Shown here one piece after another: positions 1 to 16,530 of a DNA stretch of 64,000 bases. This stretch comes from Escherichia phage vB_Eco_Tribble. Position 1 is the stretch's first letter. The number at the start of each line of letters is the position of its first letter. A program made the translations under genes and the position numbers. A model generated the notes under the pieces. That model searched no databases, was not told where the DNA came from, and worked only from the letters and a program-made list of their open reading frames with translations. The stretch lies in the sequence record OX016465. The stretch is one strand, 5' to 3'.

Positions 1-1
1 C

Positions 2-1333
2 TTCAGACTTGCTGATAGATTATTCAACCAACCTTTACTAGCCACTGAATCATTAGCTCACTCAGCAGCAACTTATGTGAATAACAGATTGCTGGGTGAT
101 GTCCAAGCAGCAGTAAACTTTGATAAACCCAAAGGTGAAGCAAGAAGTCTTTTAAAAGTAAAAGATGACATTGCTATTATCCCTATTATGGGTGGTTTAA
201 CCCATCGTATGACATTCATTGATGCAATGTGTACAGGTGGATTAAGCTCTTATGAAGGTTTGCGTAGAGGCTTTGACGAAGCTTTAGCAGATGAGTCAAT
301 CAAGACTATTGTTCTGCACATTGATTCTGGTGGTGGTGAAGCTTCAGGTTGCTTTGAATTAGCACGTCACATTATGGCTTCAAGAGGCCAAAAGAAAATT
401 ATTGCTTATGTAGATGAGTTCGCTTGTTCCGCTGCATACGCTCTTGCATCTTCTGCTGAAGAAATTATTGCATCACCAGATGCAGATGTTGGTTCTATTG
501 GTGTAATTATGGTTCATCAGGAATTAACTAAAGCATTTGAAAAGAATGGCGTGACAATTAACGTCATCAAAGCTGGTGAGTTTAAAGGTATGGGTTCACC
601 ATTCCAAGCACTTTCAGAAGAAAGCAAAGAAAGACTTCAAAAGAGAATTAATGATACCTACGCAACCTTTACAGGTTTTGTAGCCGAATCTCGTAATCTC
701 TCTGAAGAAGCTGTAAAGAATACTGAGGCGAATGTTTATTCTGCTCAGGAAGCTCTTGAACTTGGTTTAATTAACTCAATCATGTCTCAAGATGATTTCT
801 TAAATTACTTACAAGGTTCTGAAGAGGCTCCTGTAAGTTTAAACGTTAACAATTCAGGTGAAGAAATGACTGAACAAGAAAAGCAAGAACTAGAAGCTTT
901 GCGTCTTCAGGTTGCTCAAATGAAAGCTAAAGAACAGGAAGCTGCTTTGTCAGATTTGACTAATAAGATTTCTGCTTCTGCTGAAGCTTTTGGGTTTGAT
1001 GCAAAAGAAGCTGCAACGGCTATTTTAGGTGCTGGTCTTGATAACCCTCTGAGCGTTCTGTTTATGAATGCTATGGAAGGTGCTAACCAGAAACTTAATG
1101 AAACTATCGCGTCCCATGCTTCTGCAATGGAAGAAAAAGAATCAGAAATTACCAAGCTGAAAGAAACTGCTGGTGCTGTTCTTGAACATTCCAACGCTAT
1201 GGAAGAAGTGGGTAATGACGGCGAAGCTGATTTGGTTGAAGAAGAAAAAGAACCAGCTAAGAATGCTTCCGAAGACACCGCTGAACAACGCAAACTGGCT
1301 CTCCAGAATGCTCTAAAATCTCTTATCAAATAA
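2..1333 (+). CDS. Prohead protease / scaffold fusion (S49 SppA/ClpP-like peptidase, lambda gpC-like); 5' end lies outside the window
   Basis: Reading frame is open from position 2 with no upstream stop. S49 motifs DSGGGEASG and ACSAAYALAS (catalytic Ser context). C-terminal half is acidic, Ala/Glu-rich and coiled-coil-like (scaffold-like). Confidence 0.7.
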   Translation, partial: FRLADRLFNQPLLATESLAHSAATYVNNRLLGDVQAAVNFDKPKGEARSLLKVKDDIAIIPIMGGLTHRMTFIDAMCTGGLSSYEGLRRGFDEALADESIKTIVLHIDSGGGEASGCFELARHIMASRGQKKIIAYVDEFACSAAYALASSAEEIIASPDADVGSIGVIMVHQELTKAFEKNGVTINVIKAGEFKGMGSPFQALSEESKERLQKRINDTYATFTGFVAESRNLSEEAVKNTEANVYSAQEALELGLINSIMSQDDFLNYLQGSEEAPVSLNVNNSGEEMTEQEKQELEALRLQVAQMKAKEQEAALSDLTNKISASAEAFGFDAKEAATAILGAGLDNPLSVLFMNAMEGANQKLNETIASHASAMEEKESEITKLKETAGAVLEHSNAMEEVGNDGEADLVEEEKEPAKNASEDTAEQRKLALQNALKSLIK

Positions 1334-1344
1334 GGAACACAATA

Positions 1345-1722
1345 ATGGCATATCAAGGTTTTACTAAGTTAGGTAACAGAGAACCTCTGAATGATATCAT
1401 TCTTTGGGAACAGATTACCCCAACAGGCCACTCTCGTAAAGAGTACACTCCGGTTGCTTCAACAGAATACCGTGTAGGTGAAGTTCTGAAAGCAGATGGT
1501 ACTAAGGTACAAGCTGGAGAAGAAGCCCAAGCAGACTCTGTATGTATCGTTAATTTCTACGCAGACCTGCAACTGTCTTATCATGGTCAGTTGAAAGTGG
1601 TAGGTATCCACCGTGATGCAGAACTAAAAGACCTGCTGACTCTTGAATCAAGCGTTAATGCTGCTGAAGTCAAGAAAGCTCTGGCTGCTAAAGGTATTGA
1701 TTTCGTACCAACTGGCCTGTAA
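1345..1722 (+). CDS. Head decoration protein (lambda gpD-like)
   Basis: 125 aa ORF between protease and capsid genes, the lambda C-D-E order; size and composition typical of gpD family. Confidence 0.45.
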   Translation: MAYQGFTKLGNREPLNDIILWEQITPTGHSRKEYTPVASTEYRVGEVLKADGTKVQAGEEAQADSVCIVNFYADLQLSYHGQLKVVGIHRDAELKDLLTLESSVNAAEVKKALAAKGIDFVPTGL

Positions 1723-1755
1723 TAACAATAATAAGACATTCTGGAGAATTTTACA

Positions 1756-2862
1756 ATGTTGACTAATTCTGAAAAAAGCAGATTTTTACTTGCTGACCTG
1801 ACTCGTGAAGTCCAGTCTATCCCAAACACTTATGGGTATATTTCCAACTTAGGTCTGTTCCGTTCAGCACCACAAACTCAGACAACCTTCCTGATGGACT
1901 TGACAGATTGGGATATCAGCTTGCTTGATGCTGTAGACCGCACTAGCCGTAAAGCTGAAACAAGTGCTCCTGAGCGTGTTCGTCAAATCAGCTTCCCAAT
2001 GATGTACTTCAAGGAAGTTGAAAGCATTACTCCTGATGAGATTCAGGGTGTACGTCAGCCAGGTACTGCAAATGAACTAACCACTGAAGCTATCGTTCGT
2101 GCTAAGAAGCTGATGAAGATTCGCACCAAGTTCGATATTACTCGTGAGTTCTTGTTCATGCAAGCTCTGAAGGGTAAAGTTATCGACGCTAATGGTGTTC
2201 TGTACGCAGACCTGTACAAACAGTTCGATGTAACTAAGAAGACTATCTACTTCGACCTTGACAATCCGAACTCTGATATTGATGCTCACATCGAAGACCT
2301 ACGTATGCACATGGAAGACGAAGCTAAGACTGGTACTGTAATCAACGGTGAAGAGATTCACGTAGTTGTTGACAGAACTTTCTTCAGTAAACTTACCAAG
2401 CATCCGAAGATTCGTGACGCATACCTTGCACAGCAGACTCCGCTGGCATGGCAACAGATTACTGGCTCTCTGAGAACTGGTGGTTCTGATGGTGTTCAGT
2501 CTCATATGAACACGTTCTACTACGGTGGTGTTAAGTTTGTCCAGTACAACGGTAAGTTCAAAGACAAGCGCGGCAAGACCCATACTCTGGTTAGCATCGA
2601 TGGTGTTACTCAGGATGGAACTGTAGGTGTAGGGCACGCTTTCCCTAACGTTTCTATGCTTGGTGAAGCAAACAACATCTTTGAAGTAGCTTACGCTCCA
2701 TGTCCGAAGATGGGCTACGCAAATACTCTGGGGCAGGAGTTGTACGTATTTGAATACGAAAAAGACCGTGATGAAGGTATTGACTTCGAAGCTCACTCTT
2801 ACATGCTGCCATACTGCACACGTCCTCAACTGCTGGTTGACGTTCGCTCAGACTCTGAGTAA
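1756..2862 (+). CDS. Major capsid protein (lambda gpE-like)
   Basis: 368 aa ORF directly after the decoration gene; size and position match lambda E-family major capsid protein. Confidence 0.55.
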   Translation: MLTNSEKSRFLLADLTREVQSIPNTYGYISNLGLFRSAPQTQTTFLMDLTDWDISLLDAVDRTSRKAETSAPERVRQISFPMMYFKEVESITPDEIQGVRQPGTANELTTEAIVRAKKLMKIRTKFDITREFLFMQALKGKVIDANGVLYADLYKQFDVTKKTIYFDLDNPNSDIDAHIEDLRMHMEDEAKTGTVINGEEIHVVVDRTFFSKLTKHPKIRDAYLAQQTPLAWQQITGSLRTGGSDGVQSHMNTFYYGGVKFVQYNGKFKDKRGKTHTLVSIDGVTQDGTVGVGHAFPNVSMLGEANNIFEVAYAPCPKMGYANTLGQELYVFEYEKDRDEGIDFEAHSYMLPYCTRPQLLVDVRSDSE

Positions 2863-2884
2863 TGATAGGTAAGGAGGGTTATGA

Positions 2885-3334
2885 ATGTGTTATACAGGCG
2901 ACCCAGCCAATAACCCTCTTGATAGAGTAAGAATCCTCTGCACAGACACTAATAATGATGAAATTCTTATTGAGCAGTCTGTGCTAGAGTGGTTCTATCT
3001 AGAATCTGGAAAGGATGAAAAGAAAGCAGCCATCAAAGCTCTTAAATATTTACTCTTTCAAGTAGCCAAGATGGGAGATGAGAAGGTTGGTGGTGTTTAT
3101 TTACGTAACTCTTCCAGATTCAAGTCTCTGAAAGCTGTTTATGACGACCTTGTTAAAAGCTCTGTTTCAGGACTACCCTATGCAGGTGGTATTAATCAGT
3201 GTGATATTGACATGCGTCGTCAGAATCCTTGCTCTGTCAAGAAATACACAGAATATGGTGATGCTGCCAGATACGAAGGCAGAGATTACTGCAACCGTGT
3301 TAATGGCGTATTTATTATCGAGCGAGATGAATAA
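2885..3334 (+). CDS. Hypothetical head/neck protein
   Basis: ORF with AAGGAGGG Shine-Dalgarno 6 nt upstream; lies between capsid and tail genes. Confidence 0.3.
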   Translation: MCYTGDPANNPLDRVRILCTDTNNDEILIEQSVLEWFYLESGKDEKKAAIKALKYLLFQVAKMGDEKVGGVYLRNSSRFKSLKAVYDDLVKSSVSGLPYAGGINQCDIDMRRQNPCSVKKYTEYGDAARYEGRDYCNRVNGVFIIERDE

Positions 3335-3816
3335 TGGTTAAAAGGGTTATTCACCCCGCTAGAGCAAAATTAGTCGGGGCTATGAAGAACTTGCAAACGG
3401 CTAATGCTCAAGTTGGGTATTTTCAAGAACAAGGTCAACATAGCTCTGGTTTTTCTTATCCTGCTTTAATGTATTTACAAGAAGTTATTGGGGTTCCTTC
3501 AGCTTCTGGTAAAGTATATCGTAGGTTGTTTGAAATCACTATGATGCTAAACAAACAGACCTTGTTAGAGCAGACTAAGAAGAATCTATATAAGCAACTT
3601 AGCAGTCTCAACACAGACCCTTCAAATACCTTAGAAGCATTTGCAAAGAATGCTCAAAAGGCAATTAAAAGGGGTTTTGGTAATTCTGCTATCCTCCCTC
3701 CTAACGCACCTTCCACAGTCAAGAAAAAAGGCTTTAACGCACCTCTTGTTGAGACAGGTGACTTAAGGGATAACCTTGCTTATAAAATTTCTACTAAGAA
3801 GGGTATTAAGAAATGA
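3334..3816 (+). CDS. Putative head-tail joining / virion morphogenesis protein
   Basis: Start overlaps the upstream stop (ATGA); located in the neck region. Confidence 0.3.
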   Translation: MVKRVIHPARAKLVGAMKNLQTANAQVGYFQEQGQHSSGFSYPALMYLQEVIGVPSASGKVYRRLFEITMMLNKQTLLEQTKKNLYKQLSSLNTDPSNTLEAFAKNAQKAIKRGFGNSAILPPNAPSTVKKKGFNAPLVETGDLRDNLAYKISTKKGIKK

Positions 3817-4214
3817 GACTCTTAAACAGACACAGCTTTGTAGTAAAGCGTAAAGTCTCTGAAGATGGTTATTATAATGATGATGGTGATTGGGTAGCTT
3901 CACAAGATATTGTAGAGGTTAACTGTAAAGGTAATATCCAGCCATATATCAAAGGTTCTGTAAAGAACGGTACACAGATTGCTTTACCGGAAGGTATTAG
4001 ACTTACCGATACAAGAATCCTGTATACCACATATAAGCTTAGAACTTCAGATGATGTAGAGTGGAATGAGTCTGATATTGTTATGATTGATGGTCATGAG
4101 TATGAAGTATTTATGACTATGGATTGGTCACAGCAATTAGCCCATACGTCCCATTATGAATATATCATTATTAGAAGGGATAAAATGAATGCAGTTAGAA
4201 ACAGCAGAACTTGA
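3813..4214 (+). CDS. Putative neck / head completion protein
   Basis: Translationally coupled ORF (4-nt overlap) in the head-tail connector region. Confidence 0.3.
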   Translation: MRLLNRHSFVVKRKVSEDGYYNDDGDWVASQDIVEVNCKGNIQPYIKGSVKNGTQIALPEGIRLTDTRILYTTYKLRTSDDVEWNESDIVMIDGHEYEVFMTMDWSQQLAHTSHYEYIIIRRDKMNAVRNSRT

Positions 4215-4788
4215 AAAAGGTCTAGTTAGAACCTTAGTGGATGTTATTGGTCACAGATTAGCTCGTGATAAAAATAATAGGCCAAACGTAATTAGGGCTT
4301 ACCCTTCTGATAACTCAAATGACAAAGGTTTAAAACCTGACCAGCCATTTATCACCGTATATTGTCAAGATGCTGCAACACCTTATGGTTGGGTTCTTGA
4401 TAAGTTTGTTGAGGATGATGTAGTTTGCTACAGAATTGCTTTTCAGATTCCTGTATTGATTACGGTAAATGGTAAAGGTGCTCACAGTATTATGCTTGAG
4501 CTTAAACAACGATTAGAGATGAGTTCAGTCAGAGATTTAATCCTTGAAGAAACAGGAGCTACAGTACTAGACACTGGAGCTATCCCGAATGACTATACTT
4601 ATCTCAATACAGATTTCGAAAATTCTGCGCCTCTTGTTGTAACTCTTGTAAAAAACTCAGTCCTGAAAGATGAACGCGGAAGTATTATTGAGCGTGTCAT
4701 TGTTGATGGTGAGTTGGTTTATGAAGAAGGACAAGAGCCACCAGAATATACTATCCATCTAGATGTAGACTCCAAAGGGGTAAAATAA
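4189..4788 (+). CDS. Putative tail completion / neck protein
   Basis: ORF immediately upstream of the sheath gene. Confidence 0.3.
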   Translation: MQLETAELEKGLVRTLVDVIGHRLARDKNNRPNVIRAYPSDNSNDKGLKPDQPFITVYCQDAATPYGWVLDKFVEDDVVCYRIAFQIPVLITVNGKGAHSIMLELKQRLEMSSVRDLILEETGATVLDTGAIPNDYTYLNTDFENSAPLVVTLVKNSVLKDERGSIIERVIVDGELVYEEGQEPPEYTIHLDVDSKGVK

Positions 4789-6141
4789 ATGTGGAATCCA
4801 ATTGTTAATGTAGATATTACATTGAACACCGCAGGAACTACAAGAGAAGGTTTTGGTTTGCCACTATTCTTAGCTTCAACAGATAACTTTGAAGAAAGAG
4901 TACGTGGTTACACTTCCTTAACTGAAGTTGCTGAAGATTTCGATGAAAACTCTGCTGCATATAAGGCTGCTAAACAACTTTGGAGTCAGACTCCTAAAGT
5001 AACTCAGCTTTATATTGGTAGACGTGCTATGCAGTACACTGTATCAATTCCTGATGCCGTTACCGAAAGTACAGACTACTCAATTACTGTAGCTGTTGGC
5101 GGTGGAATTTCTCAACCATACCAGTACACAGCACAAGATTCAGACACTGCTGAGGTAGTGTTGCAACAGTTTAAAACACAGATTGAAGCTGACCCAACAA
5201 TCAAAGATAAGGTTTCTGTGAATGTAACTGGTAGCAATGGCTCTGCCACAATGATTATTACCAAAGCTGGTGATAATGACTTTGTGAAAGTAACAACCAC
5301 AGCACAGACTGTATATATTGCAAGTACAACTGCCGATACAGCAGCAACTGCTCTGGCAGCTATCGAAGCTTATTCTACCGACTGGTATTTCATTGCAGCA
5401 GAAGACAGAACTCAACAGTTTGTCTTAGCAATGGCTTCTGAGATTCAGGCTCGCAAGAAAATCTTCTTTACAGCTAACTCGGATGTAACAGCACTGCAAG
5501 GCACAGAACTAGCCAGTGCAAATGATGTTCCAGCACAGCTTGCTAAGAATATGTACACTCGTACAGTTTGCTTGTGGCATCACGCAGCAGCAGAAGATTA
5601 CCCAGAGATGGCATACATTGCTTATGGTGCTCCATATGATGCAGGTTCAATTGCTTGGGGTAATGCTCAGCTAACTGGTGTAGCAGCTTCTCTACAACCA
5701 TCTAATCAGAGACCTCTGACAAGTATTCAGAAGTCTGCTTTAGATGTACGTCACTGTAACTTTATTGACCTTGATGGTGGTGTTCCAGTGGTTCGTAGAG
5801 GGATTACTTCTGGTGGGGAATGGATTGATATCGTCCGTGGTGTTGACTGGTTAGAATCAGACCTGAAAACTTCTCTGAGAGACTTGCTAATTAACCAGAA
5901 GGGTGGTAAGATTACTTATGATGATACTGGTATTACCCGTATTCGTCAAGTCATTGAAACCTCTCTGCAAAGAGCAGTCAACAGAAACTTCCTGTCATCT
6001 TACACAGTTAATGTTCCTAAAGCCTCTCAAGTTGCTTTAGCAGACAAGAAAGCGCGTATCCTAAAAGATGTTACCTTCGCAGGTATCTTAGCAGGGGCTA
6101 TCTTGGATGTTGACTTGAAAGGTACAGTGGCTTACGAATAA
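4789..6141 (+). CDS. Tail sheath protein
   Basis: 450 aa ORF followed by a ~150 aa tube-like ORF, the sheath-tube order of contractile tails. Confidence 0.5.
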   Translation: MWNPIVNVDITLNTAGTTREGFGLPLFLASTDNFEERVRGYTSLTEVAEDFDENSAAYKAAKQLWSQTPKVTQLYIGRRAMQYTVSIPDAVTESTDYSITVAVGGGISQPYQYTAQDSDTAEVVLQQFKTQIEADPTIKDKVSVNVTGSNGSATMIITKAGDNDFVKVTTTAQTVYIASTTADTAATALAAIEAYSTDWYFIAAEDRTQQFVLAMASEIQARKKIFFTANSDVTALQGTELASANDVPAQLAKNMYTRTVCLWHHAAAEDYPEMAYIAYGAPYDAGSIAWGNAQLTGVAASLQPSNQRPLTSIQKSALDVRHCNFIDLDGGVPVVRRGITSGGEWIDIVRGVDWLESDLKTSLRDLLINQKGGKITYDDTGITRIRQVIETSLQRAVNRNFLSSYTVNVPKASQVALADKKARILKDVTFAGILAGAILDVDLKGTVAYE

Positions 6142-6156
6142 TAGAGGTAAATTGGA

Positions 6157-6603
6157 ATGGCTATGTATCAGCAATATTCCCCTAAAGACGTTGTATGTAG
6201 CTGGAACGGCATTGCTATTGAAGGCTTTGCTCCAGACTCATTCTTGCGTCTACAGAGAACATCACCACTTGTGACACCAGTTGTTGGTGCAGGTGGTCAG
6301 GTTGCTCTGACAAGAAATGCAGACAAGACAGGCACTATTGAGATTGAGTTAATGCAGACTTCTCTCTCTAACCAGATGCTTTCTGCAATTCAAGCTAAAC
6401 AAGACAATATGGAACTTGAAGAAGATATCTCTTCTAACTTCGTAATCTACGACCCATCAGGCTCTGTTCTGGCAACTGGTATTAACGCTTGGTTGCAGGA
6501 GTTACCACAGATTGAACTTGGTCGTGACCAGAACTCTAAAACTTGGATTTTTGGTTGTGAGAAGTTAGACTACACTTCTACAATTCCAGCGTCAAGTGTT
6601 TAA
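6157..6603 (+). CDS. Tail tube protein
   Basis: 148 aa ORF after the sheath gene, followed by a terminator-like hairpin. Confidence 0.5.
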   Translation: MAMYQQYSPKDVVCSWNGIAIEGFAPDSFLRLQRTSPLVTPVVGAGGQVALTRNADKTGTIEIELMQTSLSNQMLSAIQAKQDNMELEEDISSNFVIYDPSGSVLATGINAWLQELPQIELGRDQNSKTWIFGCEKLDYTSTIPASSV

Positions 6604-6615
6604 TAAATCCTATAA

Positions 6616-6650
6616 GGGGGAGACTTTAAAAGGTCTTCCCCTTTTTTGTT
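6616..6650 (+). terminator. Intrinsic terminator after the tube gene
   Basis: GGGGGAGAC-loop-GTCTTCCCC stem followed by a T tract. Confidence 0.5.
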
Positions 6651-6676
6651 TCTTTTAAAAGTATTAAGGAATCACA

Positions 6677-7075
6677 ATGAAAACAGAATCTAGAGTAATT
6701 AATGGTAAGAAAGTAAATATCGTTCTGCTTGGGGCAAGAGATGGTATTAAGATGTCTATGAAGTTGGGTAAAATTGTTGTTCCAACCTTTGCACAGATGC
6801 TATCAAGTCTGACTGACAAGGATAAGAAAGAAGCTCCAATGGTTCCATTTAAAGAACTTGTTGAAGCTTGTTTTGACAGAATTGAAGAAATTAACCTTGA
6901 AGAGATGGCAACCCTGTTATTTCAAGGGGCAACTGTTGATGACTTCCCACTTAATATTGATACGTACTTCCAAGCAAACTACGGTGAATTTATTGATTAC
7001 CTAGCATTTGCGCTGGAGGCAAACTTCGGAAGTTTTTTCGAAGCAAGCATTTTCAAAAGCCTAACTTCTCAGTAA
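6677..7075 (+). CDS. Tail assembly chaperone (gpG-like)
   Basis: 132 aa ORF between tube and tape measure genes; candidate slippery heptamer near its 3' end. Confidence 0.5.
   Translation: MKTESRVINGKKVNIVLLGARDGIKMSMKLGKIVVPTFAQMLSSLTDKDKKEAPMVPFKELVEACFDRIEEINLEEMATLLFQGATVDDFPLNIDTYFQANYGEFIDYLAFALEANFGSFFEASIFKSLTSQ
7033..7039 (+). other. Candidate -1 programmed ribosomal frameshift site (T TTT TTC)
   Basis: Heptamer TTTTTTC in X XXY YYZ phasing relative to the 6677 frame; a -1 shift enters the 7078 frame with no intervening stop. Confidence 0.45.
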
Positions 7076-7077
7076 AC

Positions 7078-7316
7078 ATGGGTAATACTCTACAGACACC
7101 ACTGACTGATGCTGCTGTAGAGGCAACCTATGAAGAAGCAGACGAGATGAAATTTGTGCTTGCTATTTATGGTATGGAAGGGTGTAAAGAAACACTTGAC
7201 CAACTCTTTGCTATGACATTCTCTGATTTATTATCATTGAGACAATTTCTTGAGATTCAGAGGTCGTATAAAGAGGAAATTGCTTACAACGAACTTAGAA
7301 GAGCAGGAAAAATGTA

Positions 7317-7317
<1 letters not shown>
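7078..7317 (+). CDS. Frameshift extension of tail chaperone (gpGT-like C-terminal part)
   Basis: 79 aa ORF in the -1 frame relative to 6677..7075, immediately upstream of the tape measure gene. Confidence 0.4.
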
Positions 7318-15333
<8,016 letters not shown>

Positions 15334-15335
15334 TA

Positions 15336-16484
15336 ATGGCAGTAGGTGAAATTCAAATTAGTGCCTTGCCTCAAGCAGCCTTACCAATTGACCTTAGTGA
15401 TATCTTCCATCTTAAACAGGGTATCGAGGATAAGAGATGTACTCTTGAGCAATTACTTGCTCCACACTCAAGCCTAAGAAATAACCCACATGGTGTTACT
15501 AAGACACAAATTGGTTTAGATAACGTTATTAATGCTCTCCAGTTAGTTGCTGAAAATAACTTATCAGATATTGTTAATGTAGCTGAGGCAAGAGCGAATC
15601 TACAGATTATGTCTTCAGAAGAGGTTAATAATCTTATTCAACAGCATATTGATGATAAGAGCAACCCACACAATACTACTAAGGCACAGGTTGGGTTAAG
15701 CAATGTTCAGAACTGGGTGACATCTAACCTTTATAATGAGGATGCAGATAAGTATGCTACAGCAAGAGCAGTAAATAACTTGTACAAGGCTGTTCAGGCT
15801 TCTTATCCAGTAGGTACTATCCATCTCTCTATGAATCCTGCAAACCCTTCTACATATTTAATTTGTGGAGGTACTTGGGAGTTAGTTTCAAAAGGAAGAG
15901 CACTTGTAGGTTATGATAGTGCTTCTAGGCCAGTTGGTTCAACGTTTGGTTCGCAGACTACTGCACTGACAGTTAACAACATTCCTGCACATACTCACTC
16001 AGTATACGTCACTGGTGGTGGTCACACACACGGTGCAACGGCCTCTATCAGTGCTTTTGACTACGGTACTAAAGGGACTACAACGTTTGACTATGGAACA
16101 AAGACTGTATCTACTTATGACTATGGTAACAGAACAACCAGTGCTGCTGGTTTAACACAAACAACATTCATTAATCGTGGTTATGCTGATGGTGGTTGGA
16201 GAGGTTTATCAGTTGAGGGGGCAAGCTATGACCCAAGAGCTACGCTGACAACAGCTAACAACCACACTCACTCTGTAGCAATTGGTGCGCATAATCACAC
16301 AGTGGGGATTGGTGCTCACAGCCATTCTGTTGCAATTGGTTCCCACAACCACTCAGCAACAGTAACAGTAACCGGAGCAGGTGAGCATTCGCACTCTGGC
16401 ACAACTGGCACAACTGGTTCTGGTCAAGCGTTTAGCGTTGAACAGCCATCCTTCGTATTGTATGTATGGCAGAGAACAGCTTAA
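15336..16484 (+). CDS. Tail fibre protein with tail-fibre repeats and His-x-His tip
   Basis: Repeated NPHxxTKxQ(I/V)GLxNV motifs; C-terminal HTHS/AHNHT/AHSHS/SHNHS repeats; C-terminus resembles that of the next gene. Confidence 0.6.
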   Translation: MAVGEIQISALPQAALPIDLSDIFHLKQGIEDKRCTLEQLLAPHSSLRNNPHGVTKTQIGLDNVINALQLVAENNLSDIVNVAEARANLQIMSSEEVNNLIQQHIDDKSNPHNTTKAQVGLSNVQNWVTSNLYNEDADKYATARAVNNLYKAVQASYPVGTIHLSMNPANPSTYLICGGTWELVSKGRALVGYDSASRPVGSTFGSQTTALTVNNIPAHTHSVYVTGGGHTHGATASISAFDYGTKGTTTFDYGTKTVSTYDYGNRTTSAAGLTQTTFINRGYADGGWRGLSVEGASYDPRATLTTANNHTHSVAIGAHNHTVGIGAHSHSVAIGSHNHSATVTVTGAGEHSHSGTTGTTGSGQAFSVEQPSFVLYVWQRTA

Positions 16485-16494
16485 TTTCTTTACA

Positions 16495-16514
16495 GGGGCT
16501 GTATAGCCCCTTTT
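16495..16514 (+). terminator. Intrinsic terminator between the two fibre genes
   Basis: GGGGCT-GTAT-AGCCCC hairpin followed by TTTT. Confidence 0.5.
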
Positions 16515-16530
16515 AAGAGGAAAATTTATA

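Noticed and set aside
916-1356. Minus-strand ORF (146 aa) inside the prohead protease gene
   Set aside because: Antisense to a gene with clear S49 peptidase motifs; Ser/Ala-rich low-complexity translation typical of the reverse frame of an Ala/Glu-rich gene; no RBS.
2299-2829. Minus-strand ORF (176 aa) inside the major capsid gene
   Set aside because: Fully antisense to the capsid ORF in the co-directional late operon; no start context.
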